A stretch of DNA of 64,000 nucleotides from NCBI GenBank assembly GCA_964016885.1, contig OZ024742.1:220472001-220536000 (forward strand), in the 5' to 3' direction. Source of the DNA: Eledone cirrhosa. Its lineage: Eukaryota. A model generated the notes under the pieces. The model made no database searches, had not been told where the DNA came from, and worked only from the letters and a program-made list of their open reading frames with translations. The position numbers and the translations under genes are program-made. This document shows, piece after piece, positions 26,433 to 39,920 of this stretch (its first letter is position 1; every line of letters starts with the position of its first letter).

Positions 26433-27329
26433 AAAGGTGTGTCAGAAAAGTTCAAGGACTGATGTCACAAAAGATTTATTTCAAACCCAAACTTCACACT
26501 AAGAGTTCTCTCCTTCAAAGTAATCCCCCTGGAGTCTAATGCACTTTTCCATCCTTTTCTGCCACACTTGCATGCACTCCTGGAAGGATTCTTCCGGGAT
26601 CCTCCGCAGTTCCGTCGTCACGGCCTTTTTGATGTCGTCCACGTCTCCAAAACGGGTCCCCTTGATGACTCATCCATGACTCATCACCGGTGATGACTGT
26701 CCCTAGCAAGTCTGGTTCGGTTTCAAGACGCTCGAGGATGTCCTGGCACACTTGCATGCATTGACCCTTATAGTCATCGTTCAGCAGTTTTGGCACCATC
26801 TTCGCGCAGACATTCCGCATGTCAAAATCTTCAGTGAGAATCTTCCAGACGCTGTCCCGATTCATGCCCAGCTCATTTGCCATCAGTCGAACAGTCAGCC
26901 GACGATCGCTACGCACAATCTGCCTGACGCGTTCAACATTGACCTCAGTCCTGGTTGTTGAGGGCCTTCCGCTCCTGGGGTCATCTTCCACGTCCTCGCG
27001 TACTTCTTTAAACCTCTTGCACCACTCAAAAACACGTGAGCGTGACATCGTCTCATCTCCATACACTTGCTGCAGCAATCCCAGTGCTTCTGACGGAGTT
27101 TTCCCCAACGGTTCGTTGCTCTGTGCTCATTGCATGACGACCTGAAACAGAGGACATGTATATAAAATTATGAAGAAAAATGTTTGATTGCTCCAGAGAG
27201 CTAAGAGTACAGTTACATACTCCGGGGGGGGGGGGGGGTTACTTTGAAGGAGAAAACTCTTAGTGTGAAGTTTGGGTTTGAAATAAATCTTTTGTGACAT
27301 CAGTCCTGGAACTTTTCTGACACACCTCG
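26433..27329 (-). mobile_element. Mariner transposon with ~95-bp TIRs and an internally deleted transposase
   Basis: TIR GGTGTGTCAGAAAAGTT...CAAAGTAAxCCCC at both ends; TA target; ORF with HTH (VYGDETMSRSRVFEW...DDPRSGRP) and ITGDESW, after which the rest of the catalytic domain is missing. Confidence 0.95.
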
Positions 27330-27365
27330 TATATATATATATAGTAATAATAATAAATTTGAAGA

Positions 27366-27635
27366 CTAAAGCTCTCTGAACTTTTTCCATCCAGTTCTGA
27401 CTCTAGCTACTGTACTTTCAGAGCACCCTCCCCCACTGCTGATTTTGTCACCCAGATAACGGAAGCTGTCCACTATTTCTATAGAACCCTCTGCGCAGTT
27501 GAAGGAGCTAGTATTTTGTGGGCACTTGCTGCTACTTATTGTACCAGAGCACCGGCCACATGTAAAATCTATGTTCTTAGTTAGCTTACCTGTGATCCCA
27601 CTACATCTTTTATGCACCCATACTTTTGCATGTTG
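27366..27635 (-). pseudogene. RTE LINE fragment (Cys-rich insert and RT thumb)
   Basis: HKRCSGITG...CGRC...IEIVDSFRYLGD...RVRTGWKKFREL; homologous to the 35279 ORF. Confidence 0.85.
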
Positions 27636-27639
27636 AGTG

Positions 27640-28295
27640 TGTAGCGATTATTTGTATGGTCGAGGTGGTGAGTTGATTGTGTTGTAGTGTTGATTCGTTA
27701 TTGCGTGTGTACTCACTTGTAGCTTGCTGTGTCGTGTGGTCACTGTTGCGTGATATAGTGTGACCAGAGGCTGCAATGTGTGCAGGTAAGTGAGCAAGTG
27801 CTCAGATGATGATATGATAATTCCTTGATCACGCAGAAAATTAATATATATAAATGAACCACGATGACACCAAACCGCTGTATTATTAATTTCTTGAAAA
27901 TAGCTCACGCCAAATCTATACGAAAAATAGACAAGAATTGGTGGACATTATTTGTTCCTTTGTAAGAGTAGAATTAATTTGATATTACCAAGAAAACTTC
28001 ATGAACTTCACTGGCTTGGTTAAGAGGAACCAAGAGATAGAGATTGAGTGAAAGAGAGAAAGTAAGAGTCTGTTAGACCCTAAAAGAGTTTGTAGGAAGC
28101 AATTGTCTACATGTTTACTCTATCAAGAACTGCTTCGAACTGATTGCCGCTTGATCTAAGACAGGCTATTTATATCTGTCGCTTCCATTGCCTCCTTGTC
28201 GTCCACTTTCAGACTTGTTTTTACACCCGAAAGGAGATAACCCAGAAAATGACCGTTAAATGTCACCCAGGCGTCAAGGTGTGGACAGATTTCGC

Positions 28296-28299
<4 letters not shown>
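27640..28299 (-). mobile_element. Solo LTR, related to the 25981 copy
   Basis: TGTAGCGA...TCGCTACA termini; shared terminal TGTCACCCA...GTGGACAGATTTCGCTACA. Confidence 0.7.
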
Positions 28300-28381
<82 letters not shown>

Positions 28382-28382
28382 G

Positions 28383-28465
<83 letters not shown>

Positions 28466-28525
28466 CAGAGATGAGAGAGAGAGAGGTGAGAGAGAGAGAG
28501 AGAAGATGAGAGAGAGAGAGAAGAG

Positions 28526-28581
<56 letters not shown>

Positions 28582-28898
28582 GAGAGAGACGCCAAGACAA
28601 CGACCAAAAACAAGGGCATACAATATATATATATATATATTGTATGCCCCTTTGTGTTTGTGTAGCCTATGCGCACCCTCTGCACCATACTATCGACGCC
28701 ACCCCATCTATGGTTCAGCTAACCACCCGACTCCCGGGAATGAATATGACCGCAGCTAGTAAACAAGGACCCACACCCCACCCTCCCGCACCAAAATTAG
28801 ACTTATCGTCCCCTACTTTTTGCTCTTTACTCTCTTTACTCTTTGTTCTTGAATGTTTGGTTGGTAGAGTCCATAACACCAATGAAACCCCTTTTATA

Positions 28899-28945
28899 GC
28901 TCTGACGAATCCATACGGTTACGTAAGGAAGAAAACATTGTAAGC
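28899..28945 (+). ncRNA. Type I hammerhead ribozyme in a PLE-like 3' end (~28640-29090)
   Basis: GCT-CTGACGA-ATCC.TACG/CGTA.GGAA-GAAA-ACATTG-TA-AGC, followed by AATAAA. Confidence 0.65.
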
Positions 28946-29089
28946 CAATAAAAAATCTTTTGATGTTGTAGACGCTCTTGTGTTCTTTTTCATATATACG
29001 GCTCTGCTCCAAAGCATAGAGCTAATTATTATGCTGCCAATACCTTAATGGGGACACGGGTATACAATACCTAACTCCTATTAACCTAA

Positions 29090-29149
<60 letters not shown>

Positions 29150-29486
29150 GTATATATGTTTATCCCGGATTCAATCGGGGAGTAATCACAGTAAGTAAGG
29201 TACTCAATACATAGCGGAGTTTAAATATTTATATTCCTGATGATTTCTCCCCAAATGAAACAGTTATAGTCCTGTAGAAGCCATTTCTATTTTAAATAGA
29301 ACAAAGGAGAGACACAAAATAAAAAGCTAGTCACTGAGGAGGTCAGAGAATGAGTGACGAAAGAGCTTTGACAATATATAAACACAACCATCCGGTTATC
29401 GAATCAACCAGCCAAATGTATAATAAATTGAAGTGAAAACCCACGGACGCGTGTATTTTTATAGGCAGCATGACTTTCCCAAAGTA

Positions 29487-29569
29487 TAATATCTGTTTCA
29501 ACACACGTTTTCAGATAAGAAATCTTGCAAGATTTCTTATCTGAAAACGTGTGTTTGAAACAGATATTA
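29487..29569. repeat. Near-perfect 83-bp spacerless palindrome
   Basis: TAATATCTGTTTCAACACACGTTTTCAGATAAGAAATCTTG|CAAGATTTCTTATCTGAAAACGTGTGTTTGAAACAGATATTA; one indel. Confidence 0.9.
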
Positions 29570-31842
29570 ATTAACTATTACTGCATCCAGGATGATCCTA
29601 TACTTTTAACCATTCAGCTCTGATGATACAGTGGTCACAACATTTGATAATTGAGTTTTGCAAATAGTTTATAAATTTGCACATAGCATCACTAGGCTGT
29701 ATAACTACCGTGGGAGCATTTGTAAGCACACAGAATAAATTACCTTTTTATGATGTCTACCTGTTATTATTCATTCTTTATATATATATATACACACAGT
29801 CATACACATACATATAATTTTACATATACACATTACGTACACAGAGGGTATAAACCACAGACACACACTCACAGAAGACACACGTGCACGACAGCCCAAT
29901 GTTAGGATAGATATAAAGTAGATTCGAACTAAACAAAATACCGTATAAGGATTCTCGTCATCGAGTGCCTTTCGTTTTCTCAATCGTTTCAAGGGAGATA
30001 ATCAGGCAGAGATAAAGATAAGAGTAACCTCCATTAAAAGCTTTTTTTTTGTGCTTTTTTTTCTGTATAGCTTACAAAATTTGATAAGTTTTATTGGACC
30101 ATGAAGAATATTAAGTTTGGGACATTCTTGAGAAAATTCTGTTGAAATCTTTCAAAAAATATTTAATGAATATCTAATGAATTTAATTAAGTAAATTTGG
30201 ACAAAATTTTTAAGCAAATTTTTATTCAAATTTTATTAAATATTTTATAAAAATTTTTCTAGGAAATTTGGTAGAAACATTTGAAATATTTTGTAAAATT
30301 TTTGAAGGAAATTTGGTGGAAATATTTGGTGAAATATTTTGAAAAAATTTTTCAAAGAATTTTGGTAGAAATTGTGAATTTTTTGTGAAAATGTTCAATG
30401 ATTATAAATGAAGTGTTTTATGTATGATTTGAATGTTTGTGTATTTCACCCAATGTATATTAGTGAACGTTGTAATCAGAGGTAGAAACCCTGTGTTCTT
30501 TGAACAAGGTACATTGCAATTTTTTATCTGTACAGTTACAGATACACCCCATTTTTTATTTGCTGGGTCTGGAAGAATGGTCTGTGCCCATTACCTTTGC
30601 AAGCTCTCTAAGATCATAAAAGTGATGCTGTTGATTTTCAGTTTACATTGTTATACATTGATTCATGAAATTTGTTTGTCTTTTACTGGAATCAGCCCAG
30701 TATACTTATTTCCTAGGATTTTAGTGGGTAATTTTTTCTATTATAATAATAATGATAATAATAATAAATGTTTTTTTTTTATATTGTTATCAATAATATT
30801 ATTAGCTGTGTCTCAGCACTGAAAACTGAGCCTTGGATTCAGGTGGCAAATAGGCTGTGAAAATTTACCACAAACATTCCTTAAATAGCGAAGATATGTT
30901 TATAAGTAAGAGGTTCTAATTAACCAAAACTATATATTCTTATAAAAAAAATGAATTCATCATTTAATCTACAGTGTATTGCATATAAATTTATTAGTTA
31001 GTTTATTATAAATTTATTATAAATCTATTAGTTTGTTATAATTTATTATAAATGTATTAGTTTACTATAAATGTATTAGGTAGTTTATTAGATAGTGTAA
31101 CTCATTATTACACTAAAGATGGTATAGTTTTAGCAGTGAAGATGTATGCCTTGGTGGTTAGATTAGTGGACTCACAAATGTGAGGGTATGATTTTGATTC
31201 CTGGACTGGATGGTGCAACACCAGTGGTATGGAGTGCAGTGACTGGATTGTATAGATAATTGCTGGTCTTCCACAAAAACGCCTTGCCTGGGCTTGTCCT
31301 TCAGAGAGGAACTTTCTAGGTACAAAACTCATAGTGATTTATAATCAAAGGTGGCTTATATAGGTTTTAGCAGCTACACCCTTTAACGTAACCCTTGAGC
31401 AGAATCAGTGAGACATAGACTATGATATGGCTGAATCCTTTAATTACAGGTACAATTCATTGCGCAGACTTTCACAGTTTTATTTATTTGGTTGATTGAC
31501 CTTGTGACTATATAGTGAGCATCTAAACCACAATCCATGCCTACACACATATTTACATCTCCTTCACTAGTGTTCTGGTATTTCTTAGTCTTTAATAAAT
31601 TGTTCCCACCAATATATCTATCTTATAAGCTAATCTGTTATTAGTGGCAGTCTCAAGGTTGACCCACTTTACCTGGGAAAAATAATCTATTGGTATTTAT
31701 TTATCATACCTGTTTCAGTAAACCTCACCCATATTCTCACATCCAACTTTAGCTCGATTTCTCAGTTTTATTACTTATTGTGGGAAAAAAATGGATTAAT
31801 TTTCGGACTTCAGAATGCTAATATATGTTTATCTCACTTGTA

Positions 31843-31900
<58 letters not shown>

Positions 31901-32707
31901 CCTCTATATATATATTCACAGAGATAAAAATAAACTTAAATCAACTGCATATATATTTATATATATATATCATCATCATCATCCTCACGGACGTAAAACG
32001 GTGATGATGATGATGATGAGTATATATATATATATATGCAGTTGATTTAAGTTTATTTTTATCACTGTGATCATACGTGGAAGTTTTAGAAATTTTTTTG
32101 ATACGTTTTTTAATATTTTTAAGTTTTTCAAGTTGTGTGAAATTATTTTAAAGGTTTTTATATCATATATTGAACTCAGGCTATCAGAATTGGTAGGATG
32201 AAAACTATCCAGCTGTTGACTTTGGCAAAATATGTATCACGGAGATATAGATAAACCTAAATCAACTGCATATGGCCTTAGATCTATTTAATACTCTATA
32301 ATGCTCTTGTTTGTATCATTTATACATGTCGTTGAGCACTTCATTTTATCTGCATCACAGTCGACTCACTAAAATGTGGTTTGCACATTCCTGGTAGGTT
32401 AGCTCTATATTGTAATAAATATATATACATATACACACTCACACACACATGCATGTATATTTATATATATATCGCAGTCCAGTTCTACCATGTAGTCTGT
32501 CTATGCCAGGTGGATTTAGGGTGGATTTAGCTCTGTCAGCCCATCCACCCAGAACAACTTAGCAAAACCAGGCCAGCTCAGCACTGCTATGTCAACACAG
32601 ACAGACAGCATGTCTAAGCCAACTAAGCCATTTGTTTCCTTCTCTCATGGTAGATATATTATGGCTGCAACCATTACTGGTAGCTATATGTGGATTGTTA
32701 GCCTTAC

Positions 32708-33115
32708 CTTACCCAATTACACCTCTCAAAGGCGATGACACACGACCGTGACCTCTGGCGTCACGCAGTAATACAGAGTACCCGACCTCCCATGGGTACA
32801 AGCTGAAGCATATAGACAATATGCCCCCCCCCCCCCCCACTGCAAGGTGGTCGTGGAGGTGCCACGGCAAAAAAGCACCCAGCCCACACTGTAAAGTGGA
32901 CGTGTAGGTGCCACGGAAAAAAGCACCCAGCACTCACTGTAAATGAGGTTGGTGTTAGGAAGGGCATCCAGCTGTAGAAATCAAGCCAAATCAGTTCCTG
33001 TATGAGCAAGACATGGTCAGCCGACCAGACACTGCCCACAACAGGACAACCCATCTAACCCATGCTAGCGTGGAAGAACAGACGTAAAACGGTGATGATG
33101 ATGATGATGATGATG
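32708..33115 (+). mobile_element. 3' end of an RTE LINE (ORF end, 3' UTR, (GAT)n tail)
   Basis: Reverse-complement match to 42861-43265; internal duplication GGTGCCACGG..AAAAGCACCCAG; ends GACGTAAAACGGTGATGATG. Confidence 0.85.
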
Positions 33116-33258
33116 ACTACAGGCTGATATAAAATGGCTGCATTAGTTGAAGAGGCTTTGTTATTGTATGAGATGTTATCTTTGCTGTAGGCACATGTCT
33201 TCTATTTACTGGGTTATGCTGTTCATGTCTTTTTACTTGTGTATTATACTTATGTCCG

Positions 33259-33560
33259 AAGGCGCATCGCTTTGTGTTTAGTGTATTTGGTTCACAATCG
33301 TAAGTTCATGAGTTCGATTCTCGGTGGCACATTGTGTCCTTGAGCATGACACTTTATTTCACATTGCTTCAGTCCACTCAGCTGGCAAAAATGAGTTGTA
33401 TTTGTAATTTGAAGGGCCTGCCTTATCACATTCATGTCAGGCTGAGTATGCACATCTGTGGAATGCTCAGCCACTTGCACATTAATTTCAAATGCAAGCT
33501 GTTCCCTTGATCACTACAACTGGAACACTCGTCGTCAGAACCGATGGAGTGCCAGTTATA
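33259..33560 (+). mobile_element. tRNA-derived CORE-like SINE, family C
   Basis: GAGTTCGATTCTC B box then TGTGTCCTTGAGCATGACACTTTATTTCAC; reverse copy near 56550-56682. Confidence 0.7.
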
Positions 33561-34411
33561 CTTATATTGGGAATAAAATTATAATCAACAACTATCCTGC
33601 AACAAATGTTGCCTGTGTGGAGGAACTTCATCGCCATCACCATCATTTAATGTCTGCTTTCCAAGTTTATATAGACTAAATAAGTACTGAAGCAGGGCTG
33701 CTGATCTACCAAGGATCTACATCTCACTTATGTTTGGTTTCACGTTCTACCGAGTGCACAGTTGTCATGTCTTTGACACAACTGATGGTCTTCCTAATCC
33801 TTTGTTTGGCAAGCTCCCTATCCCCAATCACTTTACAGCATGTACTAGGTGTGTTTATCCATGTAGGTCACCAACACTAGGGAGGTTATCATATCCTTGG
33901 CATGATTGAGGGGTCCTCCCAGCCTTTTATTTTGTAAAAAAAAACTGTTTTGTAAAAAATAAGATTCAACTCAGGATGAAGTCAGTCTTATAATTAAACT
34001 GATGATCATCGCATGAGCTACTGCTTACAATGAAATAAGCAGTATTTTTATCATGGCTTACTCCTCTGGATCTAACCTGTTCTGCTAGACTATCCTATGA
34101 TAGCCATATCAGCGGCACCTCGTGTAGGATGTGGCTTTTCATCATGCAGGTCAGTCTTCGAACTGAGAGAGACTAGGTACTCAGCTTAAATGAGCATATA
34201 TTGCGTGTCATCAATTCACTGAGTGGCATGTTGAACAGACACTGGGACACATGAGGATGCCAGAAAAGACCACCAAAAGCCAACCAGTGAAATCTACTAC
34301 AGCTCTACACATTCTTAAATTAACATATACATATACACACCTACACAATATATGATGATTTCTAAAGAATGAAACAGTTCTAGTCCTGTAGAATCTCATC
34401 TATATTAAAAC

Positions 34412-34463
<52 letters not shown>

Positions 34464-34499
34464 TATAGATATAGATAGATATAGATATATATAGGCAAA

Positions 34500-37378
34500 C
34501 ATCTTAGCTATAAGCTTTTCTGGGTAGGTAAGGATGATGGGTTAGGGGGGGGGGGGAGTAGGCATTTTCCTGGCTGAGAGATGGATCAATAAGACAATAG
34601 AGGTAGTTCGAGTTAGTAATCGAATAATTAAGCTTAGATTAGTTGTAGGCAGGAGACTACTGACAATCATCTCTGCCTATGCTCCCCAAGCAGGCCTAGG
34701 CAAAGATGAGAAAGACTGCTTTTACGAGCAACTTTTACAAACAACCGCAATGACAGAGGACAGAGACATCGTTATGTTAGCAGGGGACTTCAATGGTCAT
34801 ATTGGACAGCTCCAGGATGGTTACACTGGGGTACATGGTGGGCACGGTTACGGCTCAAGAAAAGAAGGAGTGAGACTTCTTGAATTTTGTGATTCAAGTA
34901 CACTGACTATTTGCCACACAAACTTCCAGAAACCTGCCAACCACCTAATAACCTACAAATCTGGCGAGCACATAAGCCAGATTGACTTCTTACTAGTTAG
35001 GCAGCGGGACAGGCAGATTGTGTCTAATACCAAGGCATACTCTGGGGAAGAATGTACCCCACAGCATAGGTTAGTCGTTAGTGATATCTCAGTAAGCAAG
35101 AGATGGAATGAGACATACAGGAAAGTGTGGAGAAGAAAGGTCTGGAAGCTAAAAGACCTTTCACTAAAATACAAATTTAGGAAAGCCCTTCAAGATGTGT
35201 ATGTCAAAAAAGAAGACGATTTAGAGACGTATGACATAGGTAATAACTGGAATTTCTTACGTGACAACTTAACAGAGAGTGACCTGGTGGTGGAACAGCA
35301 CAGTAGATAAGGCCATTAGAGACAAAAGACTAGCATGGAAGGCTTGGAAAAAGGGTGGGAGTAGAGAAGAATATACAGCCACTAAGAGAGAAGCTAGACG
35401 TCAGGTGTACTTAGCACGCAGGGAGGCTGAGAGTAGGAGCTTTGCCAATGTTCTGCGACGGGAAGATCAGAGGCATGCGGTGTTCCACATTGCAAGGCAG
35501 TGTGTCAATGCAAATCAGGATGTTGTTGGAGATAAATGTGTCCAGGATGATGCCGGTGTACTTAGTGTCATGAATGATCAGAAAAAGGAGGCCTGGAAAT
35601 GTCATTATGAGAGACTGAGGAATGTGGAGAAAGAATGGGAGAGAGAGAAATTACCCTCAGTAGATCCGACAGAAGGACCAGCTATTGAGATTGACGAATA
35701 TAGGGTCCAAGAGGCGATTAAGGAAATGAAAAATGGTAAGGCTGCTGGACCATCGAGAATAGTTGCTGAGATGCTGAAGGCATCAGGGGATGTAGGCACT
35801 AAACTGGTTGCACGCATCATCAATCAGGCTATATATGGTGGTGTCATACCCAAAGACTGGTGCAGCAGTATTCTCATAAATTGCTACAAAGGTAAAGGGG
35901 ATGCTCTGGAGAGGAGCAATTATAGGGGTATAAAACTGATGGATCAGGTTATGAAAGTGGCAGAAAGGATATTAGCAGAACTAATTAGAGAAAGGGTCAA
36001 ACTAGATGAGATGCAGTTTGGTTTTGTGCCTGGGAAGAGTACAACAGATGCCCTCTTCTTGGTGAGACAATTGCAAGAGAGGTTCTTAGAGAAAAATAAG
36101 CCACTATACTTAGCCTTTGTTGACCTAGAGAAGGCCTTTGATAGGGTACCCCGATCTGTCATCTGGTGGTCCCTAAGGAAACTAGGTGTTGAGGAATGGC
36201 TTGTGAGGACAGTGCAAACTTTGTACAGAGGTACTGTCAGTAAAGTCAGGGTAGGAATGGAGTTTAGTGAGGAATTCCAGATACAGGTAGGAGTACATCA
36301 AGGTTCGGTCCTCAGCCCGCTCTTGTTCATTATAGTCCTCCAAGCCATAACAGAGGAGTTTAAGACTGGCTGTCCATGGGAACTTCTCTATGCTGACGAT
36401 CTGGTTCTTATAGCAGAATCAGTAGAGGAGCTAGAGAATAAATTCTGGCTATGGAAACAGCAGTTGGAATCAAGAGGACTGAGAGTGAACCTAGCTAAGA
36501 CAAAAGTGTTGATGAGTAGAAAAGAGGACAAAACTCTGATTCCGTCAGGGAAATGGCCATGTTCGATATGCAGAAAAGGAACTGGCATAAATTCTATAAA
36601 ATGTACAAAATGCAGATCCTGGGTACACAAGAGATGGGGTGGGATAGCAGGCAAACTAACAGGTAGGGAGAAATATGTATGCAGTAGATGTACAGGGAAA
36701 TTAGACAGTAGAAGTCGCATTGATAGACACATTTTTCAAATGCAGGCGGGTGCTATAGAAGTGGTGGATAGCTTCCGGTACCTAGGAGATCAGATTAGCA
36801 TGGGAGGAGGGTGTTCCGAGGCCATAGTATCTAGAATAAGGACGGGTTGGAAGAAGTTTAGGGAGCTGCTTCCTCTGTTGACGAAGAAGGGTTTCTCCCT
36901 GCGTACGAAAAGCCGGTTATATGATGCCTGTGAGGAACGCGATGCTGCATGGTAGTGAGGCATGGGCAGCTACTGCAGAGGATATGCGACGACTGGAGAG
37001 AAATGAGGCAAGCATGCTCCGTTGGATGTGCAGTGTAAATGTGCGTGAACGACCCAGCATAAATGTGTTGAGAGAGAAACTGTGTCTGAGAGGGATAGAA
37101 TGTAGTGTGCGAGAGAGGAGACTGCGGTGGTATGGACATGTGATGCGCATGGAGGATGACCGATGAGTGAAGAAGTGCCAGGAAATGCCAGTTGAAGGAA
37201 GACATGGTAGAGGTAGACCACGAAAAACATGGGCGGAGGTGGTGAGAACAGACCTCAGATCATTGAAGCTCATGGTGGAGATGACGAGGGACGGTGACAA
37301 GTGGAGAGATGCTGTGCTCAATAAGACCCGTCCCACCCTTGCAAGCTGGGAAGAGCGGACGTAAAATGATGATGATGA

Positions 37379-37380
<2 letters not shown>
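34500..37380 (+). mobile_element. RTE-clade LINE, nearly full ORF (APE + RT + Cys-rich insert), frameshifted, with (GAT)n tail
   Basis: AGDFNGH; SQIDFLL; PQHRLVV; NYRGIKL; QFGFVPGKST; FVDLEKAFD; QGSVLSP; YADD; RLRWYGHV; GRPRKTW; flanked by (TA)n. Confidence 0.95.
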
Positions 37381-37436
<56 letters not shown>

Positions 37437-37441
<5 letters not shown>

Positions 37442-37932
37442 ATAAGTCTCCAGGTAACAGAATCAGGTGGTAATGAGAGAGGTGTAAGAGGAAATGTAGA
37501 ATGAGACGTATATGGTGTAGAGGAACGTAGGAAAAGTGTAAAAATAATAACATGAGATAGAGTTACCTTGGAAGTGATTTAATTGTCCCTATATTTCGGA
37601 TTTCGCATCCATTAACTGGGGGTTTTCCGAGGGGGTACGTTTTGTTGGAGAGGGACAACACCTGGCCTCTGTTGTTTACCATGGCCACGTGTTGTCCCCC
37701 CAGTTGATGGATGCAAAATCCAACATATAGGGACAATTAAATCACTTCCAAGGTAACTCTATCTCGTGTTATTATTTTTAACTTTTCCTACGTTCCTCTA
37801 CACCATATACGTCTCATTCTACATTCCCTCTTACATCTCTCTCATTGCTTCCTGATTCTGTTACCCGGAAATTTACCCATCTGCATTGTTGAGGCTTCCA
37901 AAACGACGTATTTCATTATTCCACAATGCTTC
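37437..37932. mobile_element. Non-coding fold-back unit with ~185-bp inverted arms (family D, HHR-like); another copy at ~42480-42815
   Basis: 37437-37622 is the reverse complement of ~37697-37882; lies between (TA)n tracts. Confidence 0.85.
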
Positions 37933-37951
37933 AAGCAAACTTCAACACTCC

Positions 37952-38100
<149 letters not shown>

Positions 38101-38290
38101 ATTAAGTATCGAGAGAGAGAAGAAGAGATAGGCAATACATGTAGTTATTTGGCAATAGCATATGCAAAGGGTGCTCAATGCTTCTGTCTGCAGTGTTAAA
38201 TATTAGAAGTGTTAATATCTAGTGGGCGAGAAAATCAGCAGAGCGGATACACGTGGAGAACAAACCGTTAAAACATGTTTATTTAAAATA

Positions 38291-38330
38291 GCACCTACGT
38301 ACGTTTCGCCCGAAAGGGCTTCTCAGGGGC
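38291..38330 (-). ncRNA. Hammerhead ribozyme in the inverted pLTR
   Basis: Minus strand: GCCC-CTGAGAA-GCCCTTTCGGGC-GAAA-CGTACG-TA-GG. Confidence 0.65.
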
Positions 38331-38437
38331 ATAAAAAACAATAAGGATCACGACCCCGGTGACAGTGACCACTGTAGCCTACTTGAATTATTCCCCTACT
38401 ATAAGATCTACCAACGCCTTCCAACCAGCGTCTTCCT

Positions 38438-39544
38438 ATGCATAAACGTAGCAGAAAGAAGACGAGTGCACCCGAGCATAAAGTGAAAGGGACACGTAAC
38501 GGGCTACAGCACAATAACATGCATAAGAACGGTCACCCTGATAGCACAACCCTTAGCAAACGTACAAAGACACGGAATAGCCACCGTAACGTCCTATGGT
38601 TCCATCCTCCCTACTCTCGGAGTGTGGCCTCCGACATACCCCGGATATTCTTCGAAGCCTTAGAGAAGAACTTCCCACCCAACCATAAGTATAGGAAAAT
38701 CCTGAATAGAAACAATATACAAATATCCTTCTCTACTAATCCTAACCTAGCAGACATCATAGGAACAACTAACCACGGTAAGATCACCAAAACACAACAC
38801 CTTAGCACCGATACACCTACACCTGACAACAACTATATCGGCCTTGACGACTCCCTAGCAGCACCCAATAGTGCTGGCAACAGCCACTACAGACGCAACC
38901 AACATAACCGATACATGACTGGGGAATATGCAGGTGACCCGCACGGATCACCAGACGGCAACGGAAGACGCTGCTGCGTGCGGAATGATAATGGTACTAC
39001 CCCGCACGCGGTGGGTTATAATGGTACCAATGACAGGTGTAGGGGTGTAGGTAACAACGTAGATAGCAATAATGATAGCCTTACCGTGGGAGCTAGAAGG
39101 GACCGCGACCGAAATTGCAACTGCCGTGACAGGGGACGCTGCCCCCTTAGGGATAACTGCCTGACTGATAGGGTTATTTATAGATGCACCGTAACTAGCC
39201 ATAATAGCGTTAAGCATTATATAGGGGCTACCTCTGGCCCGTTCAAAAATAGATTTCGAACACATCTCCACTCTTTCGCAAACAAGAAACTAAGACACTC
39301 CACTTCGCTCGCGAACTACATCACAGCATTAAAAGACTCAAACATCAGCTTCTCCACGCACTGGGAAATTGTCGGCAGAGCAGCACCGTACAATTTCAAG
39401 AGGAAGTGCGAGCTTTGCCTCATGGAGCTTTACCATATCATAACGGCATCCCATGAGCTCATCAACAGCAGAGCAGAAACGACGTTAAGCTGTACACACC
39501 GCTTAAAAATATCCTACTCGAGATGGAATAAGAATGAGGAGTGA
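38438..39544 (+). CDS. PLE ORF C-terminal part: RT thumb, long linker, CxCx5Cx5C and GIY-YIG endonuclease (368 aa, no RT palm)
   Basis: RNVLWFHPPYS; NHKYRKILNRN; CNCRDRGRCPLRDNC; VIYRC..YIGAT..FKNRF..H; CELCLME; INSRAE..CTH. Confidence 0.8.
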   Translation: MHKRSRKKTSAPEHKVKGTRNGLQHNNMHKNGHPDSTTLSKRTKTRNSHRNVLWFHPPYSRSVASDIPRIFFEALEKNFPPNHKYRKILNRNNIQISFSTNPNLADIIGTTNHGKITKTQHLSTDTPTPDNNYIGLDDSLAAPNSAGNSHYRRNQHNRYMTGEYAGDPHGSPDGNGRRCCVRNDNGTTPHAVGYNGTNDRCRGVGNNVDSNNDSLTVGARRDRDRNCNCRDRGRCPLRDNCLTDRVIYRCTVTSHNSVKHYIGATSGPFKNRFRTHLHSFANKKLRHSTSLANYITALKDSNISFSTHWEIVGRAAPYNFKRKCELCLMELYHIITASHELINSRAETTLSCTHRLKISYSRWNKNEE

Positions 39545-39920
39545 AAGCCGTAAATCGGGTCGCCCTGCACCAAACTTTAACACCCCGGCGGGCAGGCGCT
39601 GCAAAAAACATCCGGAAACTAACCATGCATCCCAGACCCGGCACGAATCGACCCAGGCGGGCAGGCGCAGCAAACAAACATCTGGAAAATAACGTTGCAT
39701 ACCTCACCCTGTCCGTATCGACAATGGTAAAGCTGTAACTACAAAGTAATAACGGATAAAAAGTCGCCTGGAGAATACCGCTCTAACACCAGTTAAAGGT
39801 ATCTCCCTTACCCTACTGCAAAATCAATACATGTTTTTTTTACCTAGAATGAACTGTGACGTGAATTTATTTCTAAAAACCCATCCCGGGTCATGTAAGG
39901 AACGCTTTTTAGTTTTTTAT

